Counted from the first letter of the stretch, positions 9,502 to 19,331 are shown. The stretch: 64,000 nucleotides of DNA from Endomicrobiales bacterium (GCA_963794945.1 CAWCFT010000009.1:1-64000); one strand, 5' to 3'. The notes: generated by a model from the sequence alone, not told the origin. A program made the numbers and translations.

Positions 9502-11606
9502 AACAGCTCTCCATTGTTGAATATATTTTTATCTATAACGAGCCCATGCGTGTCGATCTCGTTAATAAATGATGGTTTGTTCCCGGTTGAAATATATCTC
9601 CCTATAACCTTCCCGTCTTCTGTGCCCGTTTGTTCGTACTTAAATATAGGCACAAGCCCAACAACATCTTCTTTGATACCGGTTATCTCTGTGATTTCGA
9701 CAACTTTTCTCGACCCATCGCTTATCCTTGACAGCTGCACAATGATATGAACAGCGGAGGCTATCTGTTCGCGTATCGCTTTTTCCGGAAGGTCCATTCC
9801 GGCCATCATTACCATTGTGGCTATGCGCGAAATCCCGTCTTTTGGCGAGTTTGAGTGTATAGTGGTCAGCGAGCCGTCATGACCGGTATTCATTGCCTGA
9901 AGCATGTCAAGAGTTTCACCCCCGCGGCACTCGCCTACTACTATCCTGTCAGGCCGCATGCGCAGGGCGTTTATAACCAGGCGCCTGATGCTTATTTCTC
10001 CAGTCCCTTCTATTGATGACGGGCGTGATTCAAGCCTTACTACATGTTTCTGGGGTAGCTTAAGTTCGGCCGAGTCTTCAATCGTTAATATCCTTTCATC
10101 TTCCGGTATGAACGACGAAACAACATTCAATAGAGTGGTTTTGCCCGAGCCAGTTCCGCCGGAAACAACAATATTCTTTCTAAGCTGCACGCAAACCCTT
10201 AAAAACTCAGCCATTTGCTTTGTCATAGCACCGAATTTAATTAAGTCTTCAGCGTCTAGCTTCTTTTTCGAGAACTTCCTGATGGTAATGGACGGTCCCA
10301 CAAGCGAAAGGGGCGGAATAATAGCGTTAACGCGGGAACCGTCAGCAAGGCGCGCATCAACCAGCGGCGACGATTCATCTATCCTACGGCCCAATGGCGA
10401 AACTATTCGGTCAATTACATTCATGAGCTGTTCGGTGGATGTAAAGCTCAAATCTGAAAGAGTCAGTCTCCCTTTTTTCTCAATATAAATATCGTAGGGC
10501 CCGTTAACCATAATCTCGGTTATGTCTGGATCTTTCAATAGAACTTCTATACAACCCAGGCCCAGCACCTCGTCAAGCATCTCGTCTACAATAGCCGCGC
10601 GTTCTTCCCTGGTAAATTCGGTTTCCTCGCTAGCTATCTGGCCTTGGATTATTTTTCGCGAAAGCTCGCGGATCTCTTGTGTTTTCTCTGCCGACTCTGA
10701 AAAGTCTTTTAAGTTGATTCTTTTTGCGTTCAATTCAGCAATAAGCTGTTTATGCAGTTTTTTCTTCAGGTCAGTTCTTTTCTTTTTATCTTCGATTGCC
10801 TTTGCCTGTGGATCAACCGACAACTCAGTAGTAGAGGAGGCAGGCGCGCTGGCAGAGCTTTTGGTAGTTTCGTAAAGGATAGGATCTACAAGTTGTTTTG
10901 CTAACGATTTAACTTTGTTTGAAAAAATGCCTGTAGGGTCAGATAATACTGCAGGTGTTCCGCCGTTTATGTATGTAACATTAGAATCGGGATCGAAAGG
11001 TATTTCGGCAAAAGCGCCTATTGAAAGGTAACTCTCGATCTTCTTATTGTCAAGTGAATATTTCGAATCTATACTGTTAACCAGCACTTTAATTATACTT
11101 AAGGGAAAATGCAGGCTTTTAACATTGTCAATAAATTCAGCCGCCTCTTTTAAAGATATAACGTGCGGCATCACTGAAAGTATAACCAGGTCCGAAACAT
11201 TAATTAGCGTAGTCAAATACTCATCACGGTCTTCAGGCAGACTGATGATAGTGTAGGGATAATTTGACGAGACGATCTTTATAGCCTCGCCTAATGAATC
11301 TGGGGCAACGCGCGTCTTTGATTCACTGGAAATACCTTCTAGCACGGCAACTGAAGTTTTATATTCAGGCAGGAACCCCTTCAGAAGCGCTGAGTCAATG
11401 TTCGGCAGCATAGAGACAAGTGATTCAGCTGTTTTTCCGGGTTTAAAACTCAAGATGGTTTCGACTGTGCAGGTTCCTGAAAAGCTTAGATCGATAAAAG
11501 CAGTTTTATCTTTTTGCTGGCTTGAAAGTGCCAGGGCGAGATTAAGCCCAAGAATATTCCTGCCGGGGCACCCGCTTGTTTCATATATCGAAATAACCTT
11601 CCCCAT
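9498..11606 (-). CDS. cpaF: TadZ/CpaE-like domain fused to TadA/CpaF pilus ATPase
   Basis: N-terminal ~250 aa is MinD/CpaE-like (KVISIY..GCPGRNILGLNLALAL, AFIDL, EIPFD). C-terminal part has SGGTGSGKTT, TIEDSAEL, LRMRPDRIVVGECRG, MNTGHDGS. Confidence 0.9.
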   Translation of the reverse strand: MGKVISIYETSGCPGRNILGLNLALALSSQQKDKTAFIDLSFSGTCTVETILSFKPGKTAESLVSMLPNIDSALLKGFLPEYKTSVAVLEGISSESKTRVAPDSLGEAIKIVSSNYPYTIISLPEDRDEYLTTLINVSDLVILSVMPHVISLKEAAEFIDNVKSLHFPLSIIKVLVNSIDSKYSLDNKKIESYLSIGAFAEIPFDPDSNVTYINGGTPAVLSDPTGIFSNKVKSLAKQLVDPILYETTKSSASAPASSTTELSVDPQAKAIEDKKKRTDLKKKLHKQLIAELNAKRINLKDFSESAEKTQEIRELSRKIIQGQIASEETEFTREERAAIVDEMLDEVLGLGCIEVLLKDPDITEIMVNGPYDIYIEKKGRLTLSDLSFTSTEQLMNVIDRIVSPLGRRIDESSPLVDARLADGSRVNAIIPPLSLVGPSITIRKFSKKKLDAEDLIKFGAMTKQMAEFLRVCVQLRKNIVVSGGTGSGKTTLLNVVSSFIPEDERILTIEDSAELKLPQKHVVRLESRPSSIEGTGEISIRRLVINALRMRPDRIVVGECRGGETLDMLQAMNTGHDGSLTTIHSNSPKDGISRIATMVMMAGMDLPEKAIREQIASAVHIIVQLSRISDGSRKVVEITEITGIKEDVVGLVPIFKYEQTGTEDGKVIGRYISTGNKPSFINEIDTHGLVIDKNIFNNGELL

Positions 11607-11617
11607 AATTTCTCGCC

Positions 11618-12500
11618 TCACTTCTTATATTTTTTTAATAGCTCCAATACTTCTTTCTGGTTTTTCTGGATTTCCTTTGCCTTTTCTACCGAAATCTGGG
11701 GCGCACCAGTGTTCTTAGAGGTTTGTGTTATTTCTTTAGAGAAATCCTTCATGCTTGTTCCCTGGCTTTCAACGATTGTATCGTCACCTATGGGCCTCAG
11801 CGATATTTTCACAGTGCCCTTTTCAGCGACCAGCGCTAGAGCTTCAGCTTCTTTAGGAGATACGGCAACTGAGACCGGCACACTTCCCGACCCTGCCGTT
11901 TCCTGCACCATAGCTTTCAGGTCAGACTTCCCTGATGATTTAGCCACCGGAGCGGCGGCGCCTAGCATACTGTTACCTGTTGAAAGAACAAGAATGTTCT
12001 GGAGTATTGTAAACGCGGATTCCTGCATTTGGCCTTTTGAATCCTCATATTGCAATATACCTATTATATCAACCCTGTTCCCAGGCTTAATTATTCCCGA
12101 TATTATTGACGAATCAAGTGACAACGTTAATGAGCGTTTTTGCGAAGGTATGACTGCGAGACATGCCGGTATCGATTCCAAGCAGTGAAAGCTTTGTAGC
12201 CGTTATCTGCTCACCTGCCTCGAATGGAACAATTGCCATGTATATTTTCTTGCCATCCGAACTGAACAACTCTTTTACCTGACTGATTGCTTTTGGCTGT
12301 ATGTATTCTTTAGGAACGAGCTTTTCTTCAACTGCGCTTTCATCAAGCAGTGTCCCCTGGTCTATATAATCTTTAGCCACCAAAACTTTAACTTTCTGGG
12401 CTCCTTGTTTATAAGTAGTTTCTAGGGAGTTAAGATACAGCGTCGCAAAAAGCGCGGCCATAATGCCAAACATTGCCGCAAAAAGAAGTGGCTTCTTCAT
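11618..12500 (-). CDS. cpaB: Flp pilus assembly protein CpaB/RcpC (frameshift near 12165)
   Basis: N-terminal TM plus SAF domain (VLVAKDYI), then IKPGNRVDI, ILQNILVL, VSPKEAEALAL, ISLRP. Confidence 0.88.
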
Positions 12501-12544
12501 TTAGCCTCCGCAAGATGAAAGATTACTTTTTGTAATACGTTGTT

Positions 12545-12583
12545 TTCCTGCCATACCGGTATTTATTATCGGTATGGCAGGAA
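12545..12583 (-). terminator. Strong hairpin 3' of the major pilin gene (stabiliser or partial terminator)
   Basis: 14-bp perfect stem TTCCTGCCATACCG/CGGTATGGCAGGAA. No U-tract follows on the coding strand. Confidence 0.6.
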
Positions 12584-12596
12584 CAGGAAACTGTAA

Positions 12597-12776
12597 TTAG
12601 TTAAATGCACTACTGGTCTGGCTGCTTATTTTGCTGCTGGATTTAGTGAAAAGACCAACGATCTGTGTTCCAAACGCCTTCACGACAACTATCGCGGCAA
12701 CTGCTATTAAAGCAACAATAAGAATATACTCCGTCATTCCTTGCCCGCTTTCATCATTCAAAAACTGTTTAATCAT
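12597..12776 (-). CDS. flp: Flp family type IVb major pilin
   Basis: FLNDESG|QGMTEYILIVALIAVAAI Flp motif (G-1, E+5, Y+6). Strong GGAGG RBS. Confidence 0.93.
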   Translation of the reverse strand: MIKQFLNDESGQGMTEYILIVALIAVAAIVVVKAFGTQIVGLFTKSSSKISSQTSSAFN

Positions 12777-12827
12777 GTCATTCACCTCCTTTTAATTGAA
12801 ATTTGTCAATGAACTATATATTTATGT

Positions 12828-12865
12828 ATTGAGTAATTTTACTCAATCTACCAAACAAATGTCAA
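12828..12865 (-). promoter_or_regulatory. Internal sigma-70-type promoter for flp with operator-like palindrome
   Basis: TTGACA (12860..12865)-18-TAAAAT (12836..12841). Inverted repeat ATTGAGTAA-N2-TTACTCAAT at 12828..12847 covers the -10. Confidence 0.55.
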
Positions 12866-12914
12866 ATTTGGTTAATAATTCAAACTATTCTTAGCATTAT
12901 TGCCTAAAATTGTT

Positions 12915-13481
12915 TCAATTATCCCCTTGGCAGCCGGTTCCAGCCAGCACTTCGGAACGCGCGCCGATACGCAGTTTTTTTATGATATTACTCCCTCCTA
13001 TATAGCTGTTCCAAGCTGAAAAAAGCGCTGGGGTTTCAAATTGGTAATAGATTTGAACATAAGATGTAGTCAAATCCATACCCCTTTGCACTGCATTGAA
13101 TGAATTGACTTTAGCACATTTATTAATAACTATATTGTCATTTGTTAATACTAATTTTGATGCGTCCAGTTTTCTTCCTTGAACATCTTTGCCGCAAAGA
13201 TAATCTTGTATCTCAGCTTTAATTTGATCTTTAGTCAAGTTCGTATAAAGAATTAGATCCGTGCCATATCTCGCCGCCATTACCAATTGCTGTTTTGTTA
13301 GAACTATGCAGCCAAACCAGAACAGCATTACGATAACGATTGTTACTATCGGGATTAGTAAAACGTTCTCAACTAATGCCTGTCCGCAATTATTAAAACT
13401 TTTGTGTTCATTGATTCTGCCATAATGACACGTTAGCTGATTTTTGAATAATCTCAGTTTAGAAAAAGTAATCTGTTTCAT
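12915..13481 (-). CDS. TadE-like minor pilin
   Basis: G|QALVE followed by hydrophobic helix and AARYG. Confidence 0.8.
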   Translation of the reverse strand: MKQITFSKLRLFKNQLTCHYGRINEHKSFNNCGQALVENVLLIPIVTIVIVMLFWFGCIVLTKQQLVMAARYGTDLILYTNLTKDQIKAEIQDYLCGKDVQGRKLDASKLVLTNDNIVINKCAKVNSFNAVQRGMDLTTSYVQIYYQFETPALFSAWNSYIGGSNIIKKLRIGARSEVLAGTGCQGDN

Positions 13482-13492
13482 AAAAAGGCCTT

Positions 13493-14617
13493 TCAATGCT
13501 GAATAACTGGAATGTCTAAAGGCAAAGGTATACCAGCAATACTTTTTGTTCGCACCAAATGCACGTCCCAGCCTCCGTTTCTGGCATCTTTAAATGCCTT
13601 TATCACTGGCGAAATATTGTCGGAAGGATTTCCCTTTTTTTCAACTGGGAACATGGGCCCACCTCTATTATATATACCTGCCGTAGCTATCGCATACGTA
13701 TCAGGCCATTGTATACCAAGCCAGTCTCCGAATATCGGATAGCCTTTATTTGAAGAAGAATTTCCCTTCTTGACCGCCATGACGGTAATAATCAGATTTT
13801 TGTAAAATTTATCTTTATCAACATAAAGCCATGAATCCTTGTCTTGTTTCCAGTTATCTGTCCAAAATATATGTGTATGAACCCCTGTTGGGACAATAGG
13901 ATTTGGGGGTATGCTTGTGCAAAAGCTGTCCGTCTTACAGTAATTCACTCCGTTGCTATTCCTGCATATGTCCAGTAATAATACACTTTCGGGATTAAGG
14001 ATTTGTACATAATCGACGACTGAGTTATTATTGGTTGCGTTTACTTCCTGGCCTTGGGCTATGTTAAACATAGCCGTATTTACTGGAATTGGAGGAAACT
14101 CAGATACAAACTGCAACTGTAAAATATCCTGGGCCGTTTTATCTCCAATCACCAGTGCGCGAATTGAACTTATTGCATCCCAGCTTTGAAACGGTGCTGT
14201 AGGTAAGCAATTATCAGTGCCTGGGCAACCACCATGAAACGCGTCCAGGGTACATCCCACACATTTCTGTGTGTCAGTCAAAAATTGAAAATTTGCAGGC
14301 CCTATTTGCGCACACAAGCCCCATGTTCCGCCAGTAGCTCCAAAATAGCTATAATTTAGTCCATCTTCCGTTCCGTAAAGCGTACAACCTATCATATAAT
14401 TTAACTCCCCGAGCCTATTTAAAAGCCTCGCTTTAGCCGTGGCAACCGACAGCGCAGCGTTATCGGCGGCGTTTTGAAGAATCATCCTGTCTGTTAGAAG
14501 TTTGGCGATATTTAGCATCATCGCCCATGAAATAACTAGCACCACCATCATTACAAGCATGTAGGGCATTGCCTGGCCTTTGGATGATCTAATTTTATTG
14601 GAAATTTTGAGCGCCAT
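13493..14617 (-). CDS. TadG-like N-terminal pseudopilin with Cys-rich C-terminal domain
   Basis: KG|QAMPY-hydrophobic helix and LQNAADNAALS motif of Tad N-terminal domains. 9 Cys, no vWA motif seen. Confidence 0.72.
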   Translation of the reverse strand: MALKISNKIRSSKGQAMPYMLVMMVVLVISWAMMLNIAKLLTDRMILQNAADNAALSVATAKARLLNRLGELNYMIGCTLYGTEDGLNYSYFGATGGTWGLCAQIGPANFQFLTDTQKCVGCTLDAFHGGCPGTDNCLPTAPFQSWDAISSIRALVIGDKTAQDILQLQFVSEFPPIPVNTAMFNIAQGQEVNATNNNSVVDYVQILNPESVLLLDICRNSNGVNYCKTDSFCTSIPPNPIVPTGVHTHIFWTDNWKQDKDSWLYVDKDKFYKNLIITVMAVKKGNSSSNKGYPIFGDWLGIQWPDTYAIATAGIYNRGGPMFPVEKKGNPSDNISPVIKAFKDARNGGWDVHLVRTKSIAGIPLPLDIPVIQH

Positions 14618-15110
14618 TGTATGCTTTATCATAATAGTCTTCATCAGGAGATTTAACCATTCTCGCGCGAGCAGCACATTTAAGAACATTTGTATTTCCT
14701 ATGGACATAATTTGCTGGCCACTGAAAAGAGAGCCAAACATCACGCTTTGGATATACTTTACTGTAGAGTTATATATTTGCACAGCAGTTCCGGAGTGAC
14801 TTCCGGGTATTTGTTTTCCATCAACAGGCACGTCATATGCCGCGAAGTTCATATTATTGAGGTTAGTTTGAGGCACAAGAACTATACCTGATGCTGTGAA
14901 AGTATTTTGTTTAACGTCTATTTCTTTAGATACTACGGCTACGCGTGATATCGCGAAAGATGCTTCGTTCATGGCTAGGTCGTTTACAACCATTATCACA
15001 AGCTGTAATGCGGCGAAAGTAATAATAACAAGACAAACGGTTGAAATCAATGTTTCAATCATCGCCTGCCCTCTGTTGTTTATGAACGATATATTTTGTT
15101 TTGATATCAT
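14595..15110 (-). CDS. TadE-like minor pilin
   Basis: RG|QAMIE-hydrophobic helix, EASFAISR. Confidence 0.75.
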   Translation of the reverse strand: MISKQNISFINNRGQAMIETLISTVCLVIITFAALQLVIMVVNDLAMNEASFAISRVAVVSKEIDVKQNTFTASGIVLVPQTNLNNMNFAAYDVPVDGKQIPGSHSGTAVQIYNSTVKYIQSVMFGSLFSGQQIMSIGNTNVLKCAARARMVKSPDEDYYDKAYNGAQNFQ

Positions 15111-15634
15111 TATTGTATTTTTACAGGAATAGTTGTTGTGGTTGTTTTAAAACCTATCAAGTCCGTTACTAATAGGGATATTGTGTACCTACCAGGCTTT
15201 ACCCCATTTATATTTGCAAGAGAAAATGAGTTTTTAAACTTGAGAGGCTTTGCGTATAATGGTTGCCTGCCATCAATCATAGCGGGATGAAGAAGCACTA
15301 TCCCGCCGTTTTTATCCCGCACAACCAAGTCTTCACGCAGCCAGTAATAAGTGACACCGCTATTGTTTAACCAGTTTTCCGATAATGTCGTAAAATTCCT
15401 GACATCAAAAGTAATGATTATCTCCTCTTTTTCATTAAATACGATCTTTCCTTGCGATATGTCATTTTTTCCGGCGCCTATTCTCACATCGCTTATCTCA
15501 AATATCGTGCCGTTTACAGTTTTCTGTTTTGAAGAGAAGAACCTTCTTAGAGCAGAACATTTTTCGCATGAGGATATGGCAAAAACTAAAAAAATACTTA
15601 ATACGAAATATTGTACTTGTTTAATTAATTGCAT
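15110..15634 (-). CDS. Hypothetical lipoprotein, beta-sandwich-like
   Basis: Signal peptide ending ISSC. C-terminal PGRYTISLLVTD suggests an Ig-like fold. Confidence 0.55.
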   Translation of the reverse strand: MQLIKQVQYFVLSIFLVFAISSCEKCSALRRFFSSKQKTVNGTIFEISDVRIGAGKNDISQGKIVFNEKEEIIITFDVRNFTTLSENWLNNSGVTYYWLREDLVVRDKNGGIVLLHPAMIDGRQPLYAKPLKFKNSFSLANINGVKPGRYTISLLVTDLIGFKTTTTTIPVKIQ

Positions 15635-15643
15635 TTTACCTCC

Positions 15644-16900
15644 CTAAGGCAATACTGATTTTGCAGATTTATATGAATATAAATTGACCGATTTTGACGC
15701 TCCAGCAACTAAACTGTTTACTGACGCCTTTGTTTCATTAATTTGCGACTGGTACCCATCAACCGTATTATTTAGGTTCGTTTTTGTATTATCGATCGTA
15801 CTTTCAAGGCTATCGATCTTGTGATGCGCTGCTTGTAGTTCCGAGTCCATCTTAGACTGAATCAATTCAACATTCGCTTTGCAAGAATTCATGGCATCTC
15901 TAATCTTTTTCTGCCCAACATCAACCTTGGAGTTCGCGTCAGTCATGGCTACTTTCATCTGGTCTTTCTCGCGAGTTATTTCGGCATTTAGCTTTTTAAC
16001 GGTATCGTTATCATTATCATTTGCCAGATTTTGCTGAGCTTCAGATATTTTAGAATTTGAGCTGTCAACTTTGGCTTTTACCTCAGCCTGAACTGCGTCA
16101 ATTTGCGATTGAATGCCTGCAACATTTTTCTGAAGATTTACTTTTACTTCATTTATCTGGGCCTGGCAGATGTCAACTACATTTTTGACATCAGTTTTGA
16201 CATCATCAATCTGCTTCTGGCAGTCATCCATTGCTTTGTAGGCCGAAACTTCCGTTGATTCTATCAGGTCTTCTATGTTGTCAACTTTACTTTGAACACC
16301 GGCTTCGCTAGCATCTATTTTTGATTGGTACTGATCAATCGTAAGCTTTCCTTGAGTCAGGGTATTTTGCGCGGGTGATTCTTTTGTAACCTGGGCCTCC
16401 GTATCATTTATATTTTCCTGATACCCGTTTATAGCATTCTGCGGGTTTTTCTGCGCATCCGCAAAACTTTGTTGATAAGGCGCTATTAGCGCGTTGGCAT
16501 CGGTTTTCAACTGAGTATCACTATTCGTGGCTTTTGACTCAATATTGTTCTTTAGATCATCAGCCTGCTGCACATAACCCTGAACAGTGTTTTCAACACC
16601 TGACAACTCATTATCGGCGTTTTTTACCACATCATCAGCTTGTTGTTTGAGCTGAGCAATATCATCATTACATTGATTTCCAATTGTTTGAATTTTGTTA
16701 TTGATCTCATTATATTCGTTTGTCAAATCTTGTTTAACTTGTTCAGCATAGTTCTGTGCTGTCTTGATCTGTCCTTCGATCCAGTTAACCAGCTTAATAT
16801 CAGAAACATTGTTCCAGCCTTTGTCGGCTAAACAAGTATTTCTGAAATTAAATATTAACAAGCTTATAACTGTAAATAAAACAGACTTAATTATATTCAT
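15644..16900 (-). CDS. Exported coiled-coil protein with ~18-aa repeats
   Basis: N-terminal signal peptide. Q/N/D/K-rich helical repeats (CQKQIDDVKTDVKNVVDI / CQAQINEVKVNLQKNVAG / IQSQIDAVQAEVKAKVDS). Confidence 0.7.
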   Translation of the reverse strand: MNIIKSVLFTVISLLIFNFRNTCLADKGWNNVSDIKLVNWIEGQIKTAQNYAEQVKQDLTNEYNEINNKIQTIGNQCNDDIAQLKQQADDVVKNADNELSGVENTVQGYVQQADDLKNNIESKATNSDTQLKTDANALIAPYQQSFADAQKNPQNAINGYQENINDTEAQVTKESPAQNTLTQGKLTIDQYQSKIDASEAGVQSKVDNIEDLIESTEVSAYKAMDDCQKQIDDVKTDVKNVVDICQAQINEVKVNLQKNVAGIQSQIDAVQAEVKAKVDSSNSKISEAQQNLANDNDNDTVKKLNAEITREKDQMKVAMTDANSKVDVGQKKIRDAMNSCKANVELIQSKMDSELQAAHHKIDSLESTIDNTKTNLNNTVDGYQSQINETKASVNSLVAGASKSVNLYSYKSAKSVLP

Positions 16901-16912
16901 ACTTTAACTACG

Positions 16913-17098
16913 TCACGGCATTATGCCCAAAGGGCCTGTGCGCAAGGTTTTAACACTGTTAAATTTTAGCTTCCACGCTTCAATAAGCATCTTAAAACCG
17001 GCAAACGAAATTACCGTGAGAATGAACAGAAGCAAGACATATTCTACCATTGCCTGAGCGTCTTCATCTTTAATGAATCTTCTAACGCGCGCCTTCAT
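16913..17098 (-). CDS. Second Flp-like pilin
   Basis: FIKDEDA|QAMVEYVLLLFIL motif (Ala at -1). Confidence 0.75.
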   Translation of the reverse strand: MKARVRRFIKDEDAQAMVEYVLLLFILTVISFAGFKMLIEAWKLKFNSVKTLRTGPLGIMP

Positions 17099-18156
17099 TT
17101 AAAAAGTTCCATATTTACAGTTAACCCCTTAGCTCTGATCTGCTCGAAAAATGCCGGCACAGCCTGTGAGGCTTTGAACTCACCCGTAATTTTACCTGTT
17201 GATTTATCAATTCCAGTCTGCTTGAATTCAAAAATAGGCGAAAGCGTTATTATATCGCCTTCCATACCGGTTACTTCGGATATGCTCACTGTTTTTCTTG
17301 AGCCGTCGCCTAGCCGGGTTGCCTGGACAATGATATCAACCGCTGACGCAATCTGTTCCCGAATAGCCCTTACAGGAAGGTCAAAACCAGCCATCATAAC
17401 CATTATTTCAAGGCGTTTTAAACAATCGCGCGGAGAATTGGCGTGTGCGGTCGTCATTGAGCCGCTATGTCCGGTATTCATGGCTTGAAGCATATCAAGA
17501 GCTTCACCCCCCCTGCACTCGCCTACTATTATTCTATCTGGCCTCATACGGAGAGTGTTGATCAAAAGCTGCCTTATCGTTACAGCGCCTTTACCCTGCG
17601 AGTCAGCGGGCCTGGCCTCAAGTTTCCCAACGTGTTCCTGATTTAACTGGAGTTCTGCGGTGTCTTCAACAGTGATAATCCTTTCGTTTTCCGGAATAAA
17701 AGATGATAGTATGTTTAATAGAGTAGTTTTACCGGAACCAGTGCCTCCGGACACTATTATATTTTGTTTGGTCTCTACACAAAGTTTCAAAAATTCAGCC
17801 ATGTTGCCGCTTAGAGAATTTCTGGATACAAGGCTATCCACAAGCAGTTTTCTCTTGGAAAACTTCCTTATGGTGATCATAGGGCCAACGATGGAAACAG
17901 GCGGGATAACTATATTTACGCGCGAGCCGTCTTCAAGTCGTGCATCAAAATACGGTGTTTCAGTGGTGATCTGTTTGCCGAGAGGTTTCAGAATGTTATC
18001 AATAAGCTTGAATATCTGAATATCATCTTGGAAAGGTTTGTCCAAACGGGATATCATTCCGCCTTTTTCAAAATAAATATGATCTTTCCCATTAATCATT
18101 ACTTCGGAAACGGATTCGTCATTCATCAGCTCTTCCACCGGGCCAAAGTCGATCAT
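17095..18156 (-). CDS. cpaF: Stand-alone TadA/CpaF pilus ATPase (second copy)
   Basis: Starts at FGPVEELMND, so core only. SGGTGSGKTT, TVEDTAEL, LRMRPDRIIVGECRG. GGAG RBS before ATG 18156. Confidence 0.92.
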   Translation of the reverse strand: MIDFGPVEELMNDESVSEVMINGKDHIYFEKGGMISRLDKPFQDDIQIFKLIDNILKPLGKQITTETPYFDARLEDGSRVNIVIPPVSIVGPMITIRKFSKRKLLVDSLVSRNSLSGNMAEFLKLCVETKQNIIVSGGTGSGKTTLLNILSSFIPENERIITVEDTAELQLNQEHVGKLEARPADSQGKGAVTIRQLLINTLRMRPDRIIVGECRGGEALDMLQAMNTGHSGSMTTAHANSPRDCLKRLEIMVMMAGFDLPVRAIREQIASAVDIIVQATRLGDGSRKTVSISEVTGMEGDIITLSPIFEFKQTGIDKSTGKITGEFKASQAVPAFFEQIRAKGLTVNMELFK

Positions 18157-18166
18157 TAACAGTCTC

Positions 18167-18931
18167 CTATTCCACAATTTTAGGTGTGACAAAAATCAGA
18201 ACATTTGTTTTTGTTTCATTAAGCGTTTTTTGGCTGAAAAGCCCGCCAATGATCGGAATATCTGAAAGCAGCGGTATTCCATTTGAGCTAGTTTGCTTTT
18301 GAGTGTCGATAAGGCCGGCAATTGTTATTGTCTGGCCGCTTTTTACCTTTATGTTTGAAGTTGCCTCTCTCTTGTCTATAGAGGGGTACCCGCCGGACTG
18401 GTTTGCGTAATCAAGCCTGCTCACCTCTGTAGTGAGAACAAGGTCTATGTAGTCATCCGGAAGGATTCTCGGCTGAACTTCGGATTTTATACCATACTCT
18501 TTCCATTGTATGCTACCGCCGCCAACTCCTGAAGCTATCACCGGTATTTCGCCTCCTACCAACACTTTGGCAGTGGTGCCGGTTTTTGTAAGGATTTTCG
18601 GGTTCGAAAGGATCTGTGCTGCGCCCTTTTGTTCCAACAACTGCAGCTGCGCTGTCAAAGGAGTATACCTTGCCCAATCGCCAACTTGAATAATTGAAGG
18701 CACCTCGGGTAGCGCAGCCGGAGTCCTGTTTGCGGCTGTCCAGGAAACTTCGCCCGCCTGTATTGTATCTGTCCACTTAATACCAAGCTGATTGGCTTTA
18801 GTGCTGTTAATTTCAGTTATCTCTACAGATATTTCAACCATTTCGGCTGCAAGAGATAAACTTGAAAACAGTAGCATCAAACATGCGACAAACCATGAAT
18901 TATAAATACAATACTTTACGTATCTATTCAT
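18167..18931 (-). CDS. Secretin (RcpA/CpaC-like), essentially secretin domain only
   Basis: Signal peptide then VEITEI, AQILSNP, GGEIPV, KEYGI, GQTITIAGL, GIPLLSDIPIIGGLF, LIFVTPKIV. Confidence 0.88.
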   Translation of the reverse strand: MNRYVKYCIYNSWFVACLMLLFSSLSLAAEMVEISVEITEINSTKANQLGIKWTDTIQAGEVSWTAANRTPAALPEVPSIIQVGDWARYTPLTAQLQLLEQKGAAQILSNPKILTKTGTTAKVLVGGEIPVIASGVGGGSIQWKEYGIKSEVQPRILPDDYIDLVLTTEVSRLDYANQSGGYPSIDKREATSNIKVKSGQTITIAGLIDTQKQTSSNGIPLLSDIPIIGGLFSQKTLNETKTNVLIFVTPKIVE

Positions 18932-19331
18932 GAATCCTCCGTGGCGCAGAAGTCGTATGTTGATATACAACAAAATCCTTTACCTTTATAGTGTCTCCAG
19001 GCTTACCCAAAGCTGTTAATGTCTCATCAAAACCATTATAAGAAGCCACCAAGGAATATGTATCCGTATTCATCCCCGCAAAGCCTCTTACAGCTGTTAT
19101 AGTAAGTGAATAGGTGCCGTCACTAGCCGTCTTTGACGATCCTGGATAGTTTTCGCAGGCAACAACAGCTCCTTGAACCAGTGAAACTGGTGTGACGTTC
19201 TTTGTTGTTGGGTCAATTATTCCTTGCCAAACACGCCCTTCAAAAGTAACAGTGTTCTGAAAAGTTGAGTTCCTGTCACATCCCAATATTCCCGCGATTA
19301 ACAATAAGAAAACAATTTTAATCTGTTTCAT
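18924..19331 (-). CDS. Lipoprotein with carboxypeptidase-regulatory-like beta fold (possible pilotin)
   Basis: Lipobox ILGC, then GAVV..., TASDGTYSL. Directly upstream of the secretin gene. Confidence 0.55.
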   Translation of the reverse strand: MKQIKIVFLLLIAGILGCDRNSTFQNTVTFEGRVWQGIIDPTTKNVTPVSLVQGAVVACENYPGSSKTASDGTYSLTITAVRGFAGMNTDTYSLVASYNGFDETLTALGKPGDTIKVKDFVVYQHTTSAPRRIHE

